Origin: an uncultured Candidatus Bathyarchaeia archaeon
GTDB taxonomy: Archaea > Thermoproteota > Bathyarchaeia > TCS64
NCBI GenBank assembly: GCA_964462185.1
Contig: CAYWWV010000005.1
Location: 11,139 to 64,002, forward strand
Direction of reading: 5' to 3'
Length of the DNA stretch: 52,864 nucleotides
A program made the position numbers and the translations under genes. Under the pieces are notes generated by a model, which searched no databases, was not told the origin of the DNA, and was given only the letters and a program-made list of their open reading frames with translations. Shown piece after piece: positions 7,760 through 16,169 of this stretch. Each line of letters opens with the position of its first letter. Position 1 is the first letter of the stretch.

Positions 7760-9325
7760 CTAATCCTTGTCTAAAAGCCTGTTCATCCCTTTTAAAATGG
7801 CCTCCACGCTGGCCATCACGGTGTCGCCGTGGACGCTGCTGGCGGTTATCACCCTGTCGCCCCTCCTCACAGCCACCGTGACATCGGCTACGGCGTCTGT
7901 GCCCCCTGTGATGGCCTTCATCATGAACTTCTCCAGCTTGATGTCCGCGAAGCCCTCCACCACCCTCCGGATGGCGTTGATGGCCGAGTCGATGGGGCCG
8001 TTGCCTATGCCGCTCCCCACCATGGGTTCCCCATCCACCAGCAGGGTCACGCTGGCGGTGGGTGTGATGGTGTTACCCGTTACGACCAATAGCTGCTGGA
8101 GCTTCACCCGGTCCTCTATCCTCAGGTTCATAACGTCCTTGACTATGGCGTATAGGTCGCTGTCGGTAAGCACCTTACCAGTGTCGCCAATTGCCTTGAC
8201 GCGTTTGGCGATGATCTTCAGCTGCTCCTCGGTGGGCTCGAAGCCCAGGTCGCGCACCATCTTGAAGAGGCCGTGGCGGCCCGCGTGTTTGCCCGCGGCT
8301 ATCCGGCTCTTCTTACCCACGAACTCGGCGTCGATGATCTCGTAGTTTCCTCGGTGGCCCAAAACGCCGTGTACGTGGATGCCGGCCTCGTGGGCGAAGG
8401 CGTTGTCCCCCACGATGGGTGTGTTGGGGGGGTGGTAGACTCCGCTGAGGCGTTCCACTAGGCTGCTGGTCTCTGCGATCTTCTGGTAGTTGATCCCTGT
8501 GTCGATGCCGTATTGGGCCAGTAGGCTTATGGCCACCTGCTCCAGGCTGGTGTTCCCCGCCCTCTCCCCCAACCCATTCACACAGACGTGGACCTGTTCT
8601 GCTCCCGCCTCCACTGCCGCTAGGCTAGTGGCAGTGGCCTGTCCCAGGTCGTTGTGGGCGTGGGCGCTTAGAGGGGCCCTCAGTGATTCCTTGAGCTCTT
8701 TGAAGAAGCAGTAGGTGGCCCTGGGGGTTAGCACCCCCACGGTGTCTGGGATGTTGAGCATCTCCGCCCCCGCGTCCAGGGCTGTTTGGCAGACCTGTTT
8801 GAGGTAGGCCATCTCGGTGCGGGTGGCGTCTTGGGGGCTGAATTCGACGGTGACGCCGTGGTCCTTGGCGTACTCCACTCCCTCCAGGGTTTGGCGGATC
8901 ACCTCCTCCCTGGTGGTGTTCATCATGTATTTTAGGTGGAGATCGCTGGTGCTGATGAATATGTGGATGTAGGGCACATCGCATTCAAGGGCGCGGTCGA
9001 TGTCGCTCTTGAGGGGCCTGGCCAGGGCCACTATGGTGGCGTCCAGCCCTAGGCCCGCTATGCGTTTCACGGCCTCCGTCTCCCCCCTGCTGGTTATGGG
9101 GAAGCCGGCCTCTATCTTGGGTACTCCGAGCTGGTCAAGCTGCTCGGCTATCAGGACCTTCTCGTCGATGGTGTAGGTCACCCCGGGCATCTGCTCCCCA
9201 TCCCTCAGCGTGGTGTCGAACAGGGTGACCTTCTCGGGTAGATTCATCTCCAGCTCGGGCTTGTATGTGGACATGTAGAACTCTCGACCAGTCACATCTT
9301 CCACCGTTTCCCCCTCACAAACCAT
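7760..9325 (-). CDS. leuA: 2-isopropylmalate synthase / (R)-citramalate synthase family enzyme
   Basis: The ORF contains LFDTTLRDGEQMPGV and HAHNDLGQATA, and has a C-terminal LeuA-dimer/regulatory-type domain. An alternative start is M18 at 9274. Confidence 0.8.
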   Translation of the reverse strand: MVCEGETVEDVTGREFYMSTYKPELEMNLPEKVTLFDTTLRDGEQMPGVTYTIDEKVLIAEQLDQLGVPKIEAGFPITSRGETEAVKRIAGLGLDATIVALARPLKSDIDRALECDVPYIHIFISTSDLHLKYMMNTTREEVIRQTLEGVEYAKDHGVTVEFSPQDATRTEMAYLKQVCQTALDAGAEMLNIPDTVGVLTPRATYCFFKELKESLRAPLSAHAHNDLGQATATSLAAVEAGAEQVHVCVNGLGERAGNTSLEQVAISLLAQYGIDTGINYQKIAETSSLVERLSGVYHPPNTPIVGDNAFAHEAGIHVHGVLGHRGNYEIIDAEFVGKKSRIAAGKHAGRHGLFKMVRDLGFEPTEEQLKIIAKRVKAIGDTGKVLTDSDLYAIVKDVMNLRIEDRVKLQQLLVVTGNTITPTASVTLLVDGEPMVGSGIGNGPIDSAINAIRRVVEGFADIKLEKFMMKAITGGTDAVADVTVAVRRGDRVITASSVHGDTVMASVEAILKGMNRLLDKD

Positions 9326-9379
9326 CGAGGGATTATAAGCGATTTGAGCAAGAATCCTTACACATGAAAAAAGGGGGGT

Positions 9380-9898
9380 TTAAAGGTCGAACTCCAAGAG
9401 GCCCCGCTGCACCAGGAGGTACACCAGCACCGCGCTGATCACAAGCTCGGGCAGCATGTACCCCCCGTTGTAGAGGGCGCTGTAGACCCAGGGGTTCATG
9501 CCTTCAGGGGCGTACATCCAGAAAAAGGCCACGCCGCTGATGAAGTGGCTGAGGAATCGCCCCACCATGGCTATCGCCACTCCAATCAGTGGCTGGTCCT
9601 TGAAGACGCCTGCCAACCCCAGGACGCCGAAGGCTATAGGGTAGTCTAAGGCCATGCCTATGGGGCTGTAGAACCAGCCGTCCAAGACCATTTGCACCAG
9701 CCCATAGATGGCGCCCGTGGCCACCCCCACCTTGGGCCCCCGCCTGAACGAGACGAGGAGTATGGGAACCATGCTCCCCAGCGTCACGCTGCCGCCGTAG
9801 GGCATGCTGAATATCTTAATATAACTCAGCACTGTGGCCAGTGCGATGCTTACAGCCATCTCGGCTAAAACCCGGGTGTTGAAACCCTCTTCACTCAT
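9380..9898 (-). CDS. thiT: Thiamine transporter ThiT (ECF S-component family)
   Basis: The 172-aa, 6-TM protein aligns by eye with Lactococcus ThiT: FNTRVLAEMAVSIALATVLS, VPILLVSFRRGPKVGVATGAIYGLV, LSHFISGVAFFWMYA. A TPP riboswitch precedes it. Confidence 0.85.
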   Translation of the reverse strand: MSEEGFNTRVLAEMAVSIALATVLSYIKIFSMPYGGSVTLGSMVPILLVSFRRGPKVGVATGAIYGLVQMVLDGWFYSPIGMALDYPIAFGVLGLAGVFKDQPLIGVAIAMVGRFLSHFISGVAFFWMYAPEGMNPWVYSALYNGGYMLPELVISAVLVYLLVQRGLLEFDL

Positions 9899-9904
9899 GT
9901 CCTT

Positions 9905-10000
9905 CTTCCTCCGCCAGTATTACCTGGATCAGGTTCAAAGGGTCGACGCCCACGCGTCCTCTCAGCCAGACTGCGGTCCAGCTCCCCTTCACATAGGAGC
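9905..10000 (-). promoter_or_regulatory. TPP (THI-box) riboswitch in the thiT 5' leader
   Basis: The minus strand reads GGGGAGCUGGACCGCAGUCUGGCUGAGAGGACGCGUGGGCGUCGACCCUUUGAACCUGAUCCAGGUAAUACUGGCGGAGGAAGAAGGACAUG. It matches the THI consensus: the CUGAGA motif, ACCCUUUGAACCUGAUC, and a P5 hairpin CCAG-GUAAUA-CUGG that is compensatory relative to E. coli thiM CUGG..CCAG. A P3 hairpin AGCUGGAC/GUCUGGCU is also present. The GGAGG Shine-Dalgarno lies in the 3' strand of P1. A TTTATAA box sits at 10013-10019. Confidence 0.85.
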
Positions 10001-10062
10001 CCCTAAGCCACGTTATAAACCTTGGCCCCCCTTGCAACGCTTTTAAAGCCTCCAACACCTCC

Positions 10063-11796
10063 TTGGCTCTAGGTGTCCCTTTGAAGGCTTCCAGGTTGTT
10101 GTTGGAGATGTTGAGGGGTTACGAGGTGAGCCACGTCTTCGGCTTGCCGGGAGAAACCACTCTGCCCCTTTACGAGGAGTGGCTGGATTTCCCCGAGATT
10201 CGCCACGTGGTGGCCCGCGACGAGCGTTCGGCCTCCTTCATGGCCGAGGGGTATGCCAAGTTCAGTTTTAAGCCGGGGGTTTGTGAGGCCCCCAGTGTGG
10301 GTGCCACCCATGTTTTGCCTGGGTGTGCGGAGGCGTATAAGGGGGCCACGCCCATTGTTTTCCTGGTCTCGGATATTCCCTTGGACTTGGAGCCGAGGAA
10401 TATGTTAACCGGGTTGGACCAGTCCAGCCTATTCTCAGGCATCACCAAGGAGTCCCTCACCCTGGTGAAGCCCCAGCAGGTCTCCCACCTGGTTAGGAGA
10501 GCCTTCCGCGTGGCCACCACGGGCCGCCCTGGCCCAGTTCACATTAGGCTGCCCATGGACGTGTTGGGGAGGGAGGCAGGTGGAGCCGTCCTACCCCCCC
10601 AACGTGAGTACGCCTCCTACCCTGGAGCCAGGCCTGTTGCCGACCCCCAAGCCGTCTTCGAGGCTCTGAGGCTCTTAGGGGAGGCGGAGCGCCCTGTCTT
10701 GGTCTGCGGGCAGGGGGTGTTGCTGAGCCAGGCTTGGGATGAGGTGGTTGGGCTTGCCGAGGCCTTCGCAGTCCCAGTGGGGACCACCATCAACGGTAAG
10801 GGGGGGTTCCCCGAGGGCCACCCTTTGAGCCTAGGGGTGGTGGGGGCCCGCGGGGGTACGGAGACCAGCAACAGGTTTGTCCAGGAGGCCGACCTGGTTT
10901 TCTTCGTGGGGTGCAGCACCGACTCGGCGGCCACCGATGCCTGGAGGGTTCCACCGGTTGGGGGCGGGGCGAAGGTTGTGCAGCTGGACATATCCCCCGC
11001 GGAGGCTGGGAACAACTATGCCTCCCACGTGACGCTGGTGGGCGATGCCAAGGCCACCCTGGGCTGGATGCTGGAACTGCTGGAGGACCCCACCCCCCGC
11101 TTCAGGGACTCCCCCAGGGTAAAGGCCCTGGCCGAGGCCCGGGAGCAACACCAGCGATACGTGGAGGAGGCCCTCAGAAACCAGGGCCCCGGCATCCACC
11201 CCCTGGCCCTGGTGAAAACCCTGGAGAACACCCTCCCCAAAGACGGGTGCATGGTCATGGATGTGGGCACCGCAGCCATCTACACCTCCACCTACTTCAG
11301 GGTCCGGGAGGCGGGTCGGAGGCTGGCCTACAACTTCGCCATGGGTAGCCTGGGCTACGCCCTCCCCGCGGCCATGGGTGCCTCCCTGGCTAGGCCGGGG
11401 TGCCCGGTGGCCTCATTGGTGGGCGACGGGAGCTTCGGGCTGGTGGCCGCCGAGCTGGAAACCCTGGCCAGATACCAGCTACCCGTCACCGTGGTCCTCA
11501 TCAACAACGGTGGATACGGCTGGATCAGGGCCGAGTGGCTCCTCAGCCACGGGGAGAGGTATGTGGACTTCGCCACCAATTTCAACCCGGTGGACCACGT
11601 GAAGGTGGCGGAGGGCTTCGGGGTGGAGGCTGCGAGGGCCGAGTCCCCGGGCGACCTGGAGCAGTTGGGGGGGATGCTGGGAAGCGGGGAGCCCAGGCTC
11701 CTGGAGGTGGTGATGGAGCCCGAGGACAAGCTCATCCCCCCCGTGCCCAAGTGGATCAAGGCCGCCCAGAGGAAAGGCCTACCCCACCTAAGGTGA
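10063..11796 (+). CDS. Thiamine-pyrophosphate-requiring enzyme, acetolactate-synthase-large-subunit-like
   Basis: The 577-aa ORF has a TTG start. It has an N-terminal TPP_enzyme_N region (VFGLPGETTLPLYE, ERSASFMAEGYAK) and a C-terminal GDGSF...NNGGYG TPP-binding motif. Confidence 0.8.
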   Translation: MALGVPLKASRLLLEMLRGYEVSHVFGLPGETTLPLYEEWLDFPEIRHVVARDERSASFMAEGYAKFSFKPGVCEAPSVGATHVLPGCAEAYKGATPIVFLVSDIPLDLEPRNMLTGLDQSSLFSGITKESLTLVKPQQVSHLVRRAFRVATTGRPGPVHIRLPMDVLGREAGGAVLPPQREYASYPGARPVADPQAVFEALRLLGEAERPVLVCGQGVLLSQAWDEVVGLAEAFAVPVGTTINGKGGFPEGHPLSLGVVGARGGTETSNRFVQEADLVFFVGCSTDSAATDAWRVPPVGGGAKVVQLDISPAEAGNNYASHVTLVGDAKATLGWMLELLEDPTPRFRDSPRVKALAEAREQHQRYVEEALRNQGPGIHPLALVKTLENTLPKDGCMVMDVGTAAIYTSTYFRVREAGRRLAYNFAMGSLGYALPAAMGASLARPGCPVASLVGDGSFGLVAAELETLARYQLPVTVVLINNGGYGWIRAEWLLSHGERYVDFATNFNPVDHVKVAEGFGVEAARAESPGDLEQLGGMLGSGEPRLLEVVMEPEDKLIPPVPKWIKAAQRKGLPHLR

Positions 11797-11848
11797 GGAG
11801 GCTGCAGGGACGAGCCCAGCCACCCCCGCCACCCAAGCCCTCGACCAG

Positions 11849-12277
11849 GTGTCAGCCCAATACACCCTACACCCCTACCCCTACCGAGAGGGCGGCGCCC
11901 TTGAAGCCGCCAGAGCCCTCAGGGTGCCCCCCAGGGAGATGGTGAAGACCCTGGTGATGGAGACCGCCCGGGGCGAGGCCTTCCTCCTCCTCATGCCTGG
12001 AGACCGCAGGGTCAGCCTTAAACGCCTGGCCCGCGCCCTGGGGGTGAAGAACGTCTCCACCGTGGCGCCGAGGGAGGCTGAAAGGCTCACAGGCTACCGG
12101 GTGGGGGGCATCAGCCCCTACGGCACCAAGAGGCCCCTCCCAGTCTACGTCGAGAAAAGCATCCTACAACTGGACAGGCTCTACGTGAACGGTGGGAGGA
12201 GGGGGCTAGTGGTTGAACTCACTCCCCACACCCTCCTGGAGACCTTGAGGCCCACCCCGGTCCACGCTGCGGGTTGA
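11849..12277 (+). CDS. ybaK: YbaK/EbsC-type aminoacyl-tRNA (Cys-tRNA-Pro) deacylase
   Basis: The ORF contains KTLVMET..GEAFLLLMPGDRRVSLKRLARALG...TGYRVGGISPYG...LPVYV. It has a GTG start. Family-like sequence continues upstream of this start (see findings). Confidence 0.75.
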   Translation: MSAQYTLHPYPYREGGALEAARALRVPPREMVKTLVMETARGEAFLLLMPGDRRVSLKRLARALGVKNVSTVAPREAERLTGYRVGGISPYGTKRPLPVYVEKSILQLDRLYVNGGRRGLVVELTPHTLLETLRPTPVHAAG

Positions 12278-12311
12278 ACCATTTAAAAGCCTGTAGCCCC
12301 CAGAAGGAGGG

Positions 12312-13766
12312 GTGTACCCCATGGAGAGACCTGAGTCCATACTCATCAAGAACGGCCTCCTCCTCACCATGCAGGGAGAGGGGGTGGGCTCCATACCCGA
12401 CGGCGCCGTGGCCATCCAGGATGGAGAAATAGTGGCGGTGGGCAAGACCCACAGGGTTGAACCCCAACACAGGGACGCCGAGGTGGTCATCGACGCCCAG
12501 GGGAAGGCGGTGCTCCCCGGCTTCGTGGACGGCCACATACACACGGGGCTATCCATCCTGAGGGGCCTGGCCCAGGATGTCCCCGAGATCGAGTGGATGC
12601 TTAAAACCCTGGCCCCCTTCACCCCCCACATAGAGGCCCGGCACCAGGTGGCCGGCTCCAGGCTGGGAGTGCTGGAGGCCCTCAAGGCGGGCACCACCAC
12701 CTTCGGCGAGATAGGGGGCAACATGGCGCCCCTGGTGGAGCAGGTCTTCCTGCCCATGGGGGTTAGGGCAAACGTGGCCAACACCATCAACCAGATCGGC
12801 CCCGACAGCAGGCCCGACCCCCACAAACCCTACGTCTTCTACGAGGATGTGGGGGAGGAGAAGCTGAGGCGGGCCTTGGAGCTGGTGGACCGCTTCGACG
12901 GGGCCGACGGGGGGAGGATCACGGTGATGTTCGCCCCCCATGGGGCCGACATGATGGACACCAGCCTGCTCCTCCGGGTGAGGGAGGAGGCCCTCTCCCG
13001 GGGGAAGCTGATCCACATCCATGTGGCCCAGGGGGGGAGGGAGGAGATACAGATGCGGCTGAGGTATGGGAAGACCACCGTCCAATACCTGGACGAGTTG
13101 GGGTACCTGGACGGCCACCTCATCGCCGCCCACTGCCACCAAACCACCGACCAGGAGGTCCAGCTACTCGCCAAGAAAGGCGTCCGATACGCCAGCTGCC
13201 CCGCCAGCATAGCCGGAATCGACGGCATAACCCCACCCCTAGGCCTATACCTGGCCAGCGGCGGCCCCCACGCAACCCTGGGAAGCGACCAGGCGCCTGG
13301 AAACGGACACCACAACATGCTGGTGGAGATGAAGGTGGCCGCCCTCCTCAACAAAACCCGGCACCGCGACCCCACCGTCCTCCCAGCCTGGAAGACCCTT
13401 CGCCTGGCCACCGTTGAGGGCGCCAGAACCCTGGGGCTGGGAGACAGGGTGGGCAGCCTGGAGCCGGGGAAGAGGGCCGACATAGTTCTGCTGGACCTCA
13501 AAAAACCCCACATGGCCCCCCTGGTCCTGGAGCCCTTCTGCAACGTGGCGCCCAACATCGTGTACAGCGCCCGCGGCGATGAGGTGACCCACGTATTGGT
13601 GGATGGGAGGCTGCTGGTGGAGGAGGGGGTGGTGAAGACGGTGGACGAGGGCCGGGTGGTGGAGGAGGCCCAGAGGGCTGGGGCTGAGGTGGCTGGGAGG
13701 GGGGCCCAGGCCTTCCTGGAGGGGGATGGGTGGCTAGCCCGCGAGGCCAAGAGGGGCCTATACTAG
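12312..13766 (+). CDS. Amidohydrolase-superfamily deaminase/chlorohydrolase (MtaD/SsnA-like)
   Basis: The ORF reads ILIKNGLLLTM...AIQDGEIVAVG...VIDAQGKAVLPGFVDGHIHT, with a later HVAQ and HC motif. ATG 12321 is an alternative start. Confidence 0.75.
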   Translation: MYPMERPESILIKNGLLLTMQGEGVGSIPDGAVAIQDGEIVAVGKTHRVEPQHRDAEVVIDAQGKAVLPGFVDGHIHTGLSILRGLAQDVPEIEWMLKTLAPFTPHIEARHQVAGSRLGVLEALKAGTTTFGEIGGNMAPLVEQVFLPMGVRANVANTINQIGPDSRPDPHKPYVFYEDVGEEKLRRALELVDRFDGADGGRITVMFAPHGADMMDTSLLLRVREEALSRGKLIHIHVAQGGREEIQMRLRYGKTTVQYLDELGYLDGHLIAAHCHQTTDQEVQLLAKKGVRYASCPASIAGIDGITPPLGLYLASGGPHATLGSDQAPGNGHHNMLVEMKVAALLNKTRHRDPTVLPAWKTLRLATVEGARTLGLGDRVGSLEPGKRADIVLLDLKKPHMAPLVLEPFCNVAPNIVYSARGDEVTHVLVDGRLLVEEGVVKTVDEGRVVEEAQRAGAEVAGRGAQAFLEGDGWLAREAKRGLY

Positions 13767-13804
13767 CGGGAAGGCTTTAACCCCCTGCACTCCCTCTCTT
13801 ACCC

Positions 13805-15454
13805 ATGCGGCACATATTCGACGCCAAGGTCCCCATGCGGGACGGGGTGCGGCTCTCAGCCGACGTCTACCTCCCTGGGGAGGAGGGGGCCTACCCCGCC
13901 ATCCTGGTGGGCACCCCCTACGACAACACCATGAAGAGCCACGTGGATATGGCCTCCTTCTTCACCCGCCACGGGTACGCCTTCATGGTCTACGACGTCC
14001 GGGGGAGGTACGACAGCGAGGGAGAGTTCTACCCCTTCTTCAACGAGGGGCCCGATGGTTTTGATGCGGTGGAGTGGGCTGCCTCCCAGCCCTGGTGCAA
14101 CGGTAGGATTGGGATGATGGGGGGGAGCTACCGCGGGTGGATCCAGTGGGCCACGGCGCGGGAGGGGCCTCCCCACCTGGAGACCATTGTGCCCACGGCT
14201 ACGGGGGGGAACTGGCTCCGGGAGTTTCCGTTCCTCAACGGCGTGCCCTGCCTCTGGATGCTCCAGTGGTTGAACTTCGTGGGGGGGCGCACCAACCAGA
14301 ATGTGGCTGGGACCACGGTGGACTGGGGGAGGGTGCTGAGGCACCTGCCTCTCAGGGACATGCCCCGGGTCTTGGGGAGGGAGATGCCTGTCTGGGTGGA
14401 CTTCATGGACCACCCCGACATGGGGGAGTTCTGGGAGAAGGTGGTCTTCAAGGAGTCCGACTTCCAGGCCATCGACCTGCCTGCCCTCCACATCACCGGG
14501 TACTACGATGGGGACCAGCCGGGGGCCCTCCACTACTACTGGGGGGCTGTGGAGCACGGCCCCCGCCCTGGGGACCAGTACCTCCTCATCGGCCCCTGGG
14601 ACCACGCTGGGACCCGGGTACCCCGACGCCTCTTGGGTGGGGTGGACTTCACCAACGAGGCCCTGGTGGAGATGAGGGAGGTGCACCTGGCGTGGTTCAA
14701 CCACTGGCTTAAGGACGTGGACAACGAGGTCTCCAAGTGGCCCCGCACAAGGTTCTTCGTGATGGGGGAGAACAAGTGGGGGGAGATGGAGGGCCCCTGG
14801 CCGAAAAGCCCCGCCTACACCCCCCTATACCTCCACAGCGGGGGGGCTGCCAACACCCACATGGGTGACGGGGAGCTTTTGGAGGACGCGGGGGAGGACG
14901 GCTACGACGAGTACCAGTTCAACCCCCTGGAGCCGGCCACCACCGTTCAAGGCTTCGACGCCTACGGCGACGCCCAGGAGGCCCCCTTGGACAGGAGGTA
15001 TTTGTTGAGACGTGACGACTACCTGGTATACACGGGGCCAGAGCTGGGGGAACCCCTCGAAATACTGGGCCCCCCGCGGGCAGAGCTATGGGTGAGCAGC
15101 GACTGCCCCGACACCGACTTCTTCGCCTACCTCTTCGACGTACACCCCGACGGCAGGAGCATACTGGTCTCCAGGGGGTTAATGAGGGCGCGCTACAGAC
15201 ACGGGTTGAAGGAGCAGAGGCTGTTGGAGCCTGGAAAGGTGGAGAGGCTCTCAGTGCCCATGGACTCCACCTGCGTCAAGTTCCTGGAGGGCCACCGGGT
15301 CCGCCTCGCGGTTACCAGCAGCGAGTTCCCCCGATACGCCCCCAACACCAACACGGGGAACCCTGTGGCCACCGACACCCAGATCAAGGTAGCCTCCAAC
15401 AGGGTCCACCACGGGAAAGCCCACCCCTCAAGGCTACTACTGCCCAGAACCTAG
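13805..15454 (+). CDS. CocE/NonD family hydrolase (S15 X-Pro dipeptidyl-peptidase fold)
   Basis: The 549-aa ORF contains VPMRDGVRLSADVYLP, YDVRGRYDSEG, a GMMGGSYRGW nucleophile elbow and a C-terminal beta-sandwich region. Confidence 0.8.
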   Translation: MRHIFDAKVPMRDGVRLSADVYLPGEEGAYPAILVGTPYDNTMKSHVDMASFFTRHGYAFMVYDVRGRYDSEGEFYPFFNEGPDGFDAVEWAASQPWCNGRIGMMGGSYRGWIQWATAREGPPHLETIVPTATGGNWLREFPFLNGVPCLWMLQWLNFVGGRTNQNVAGTTVDWGRVLRHLPLRDMPRVLGREMPVWVDFMDHPDMGEFWEKVVFKESDFQAIDLPALHITGYYDGDQPGALHYYWGAVEHGPRPGDQYLLIGPWDHAGTRVPRRLLGGVDFTNEALVEMREVHLAWFNHWLKDVDNEVSKWPRTRFFVMGENKWGEMEGPWPKSPAYTPLYLHSGGAANTHMGDGELLEDAGEDGYDEYQFNPLEPATTVQGFDAYGDAQEAPLDRRYLLRRDDYLVYTGPELGEPLEILGPPRAELWVSSDCPDTDFFAYLFDVHPDGRSILVSRGLMRARYRHGLKEQRLLEPGKVERLSVPMDSTCVKFLEGHRVRLAVTSSEFPRYAPNTNTGNPVATDTQIKVASNRVHHGKAHPSRLLLPRT

Positions 15455-15457
15455 CGC

Positions 15458-15703
15458 CTACTCGAAGACACCCTCACTCTTCCACACAGCCAGTATTAAA
15501 CCCCCTATTAGGCCGAGGAAGAGGTGGTACCCGTTGAGGGAGGTGAAGTTGAGCCACAGCTCGCTGTAGAAGACGCTGGAGAGGTCGGGGTCGAAGACAA
15601 GGTCCAGGAGGGGCGAGGTAGAGACAAAAGCCCCAACCAGTTTCCCCAAGACAAACCCTAAGACGAAGAAAAAGGCGGTCTTGGGTGTTATTGACCCTTG
15701 CAT
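15458..15703 (-). CDS. Small membrane protein (hypothetical; faintly DUF4321-like)
   Basis: The 81-aa ORF has two hydrophobic helices, and its codon usage is like that of its neighbours. No firm family assignment. Confidence 0.45.
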   Translation of the reverse strand: MQGSITPKTAFFFVLGFVLGKLVGAFVSTSPLLDLVFDPDLSSVFYSELWLNFTSLNGYHLFLGLIGGLILAVWKSEGVFE

Positions 15704-15750
15704 GATTGGTAGTTATTTAAATTGGTTATAAGTTTAACCTGTTCCAGTGG

Positions 15751-16158
15751 CTAAAGGGAGAGGAGCTGGGCCAGCCGTTGTTTCCCCACTGCGCCCACCA
15801 ACCTGCCCGAGGGCCGTCCACCCCGGAACACGATGAACTGGGGGATGCTGGACACTCCCATCCTCCTGGCTGTGAGGGGGTTTCGATCCACGTTGAGTTT
15901 GGCGAAGTAGGCTCTCCCAGCGTACTCCTTGGCCAGGCCCTCCAATATGGGGGCCATCATCCTGCAGGGAGCACACCACTCGGCCCAGAAGTCCACCAAG
16001 ACAGGCTTATCGGCGGCATCCAAGGCGGATTGAAACCCAGCGTCCTCCAACTCCACCACCACTCCATCAAGGAAGGGCCCCCTGGGCTTGGGCTTGGGCT
16101 CCATCAACTCCCGCATCATACGGCGCTTAATCTTCTCAAGCTCGTCGTCGAGGCTCAT
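15751..16158 (-). CDS. trxA: Thioredoxin
   Basis: VLVDFWAEWCAPCRMMAPILEGLAKEY...KLNVD.NP......GV.SIPQFIVFRGG. The redox motif is CAPC. Confidence 0.9.
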   Translation of the reverse strand: MSLDDELEKIKRRMMRELMEPKPKPRGPFLDGVVVELEDAGFQSALDAADKPVLVDFWAEWCAPCRMMAPILEGLAKEYAGRAYFAKLNVDRNPLTARRMGVSSIPQFIVFRGGRPSGRLVGAVGKQRLAQLLSL

Positions 16159-16169
16159 CGCCCAACACC

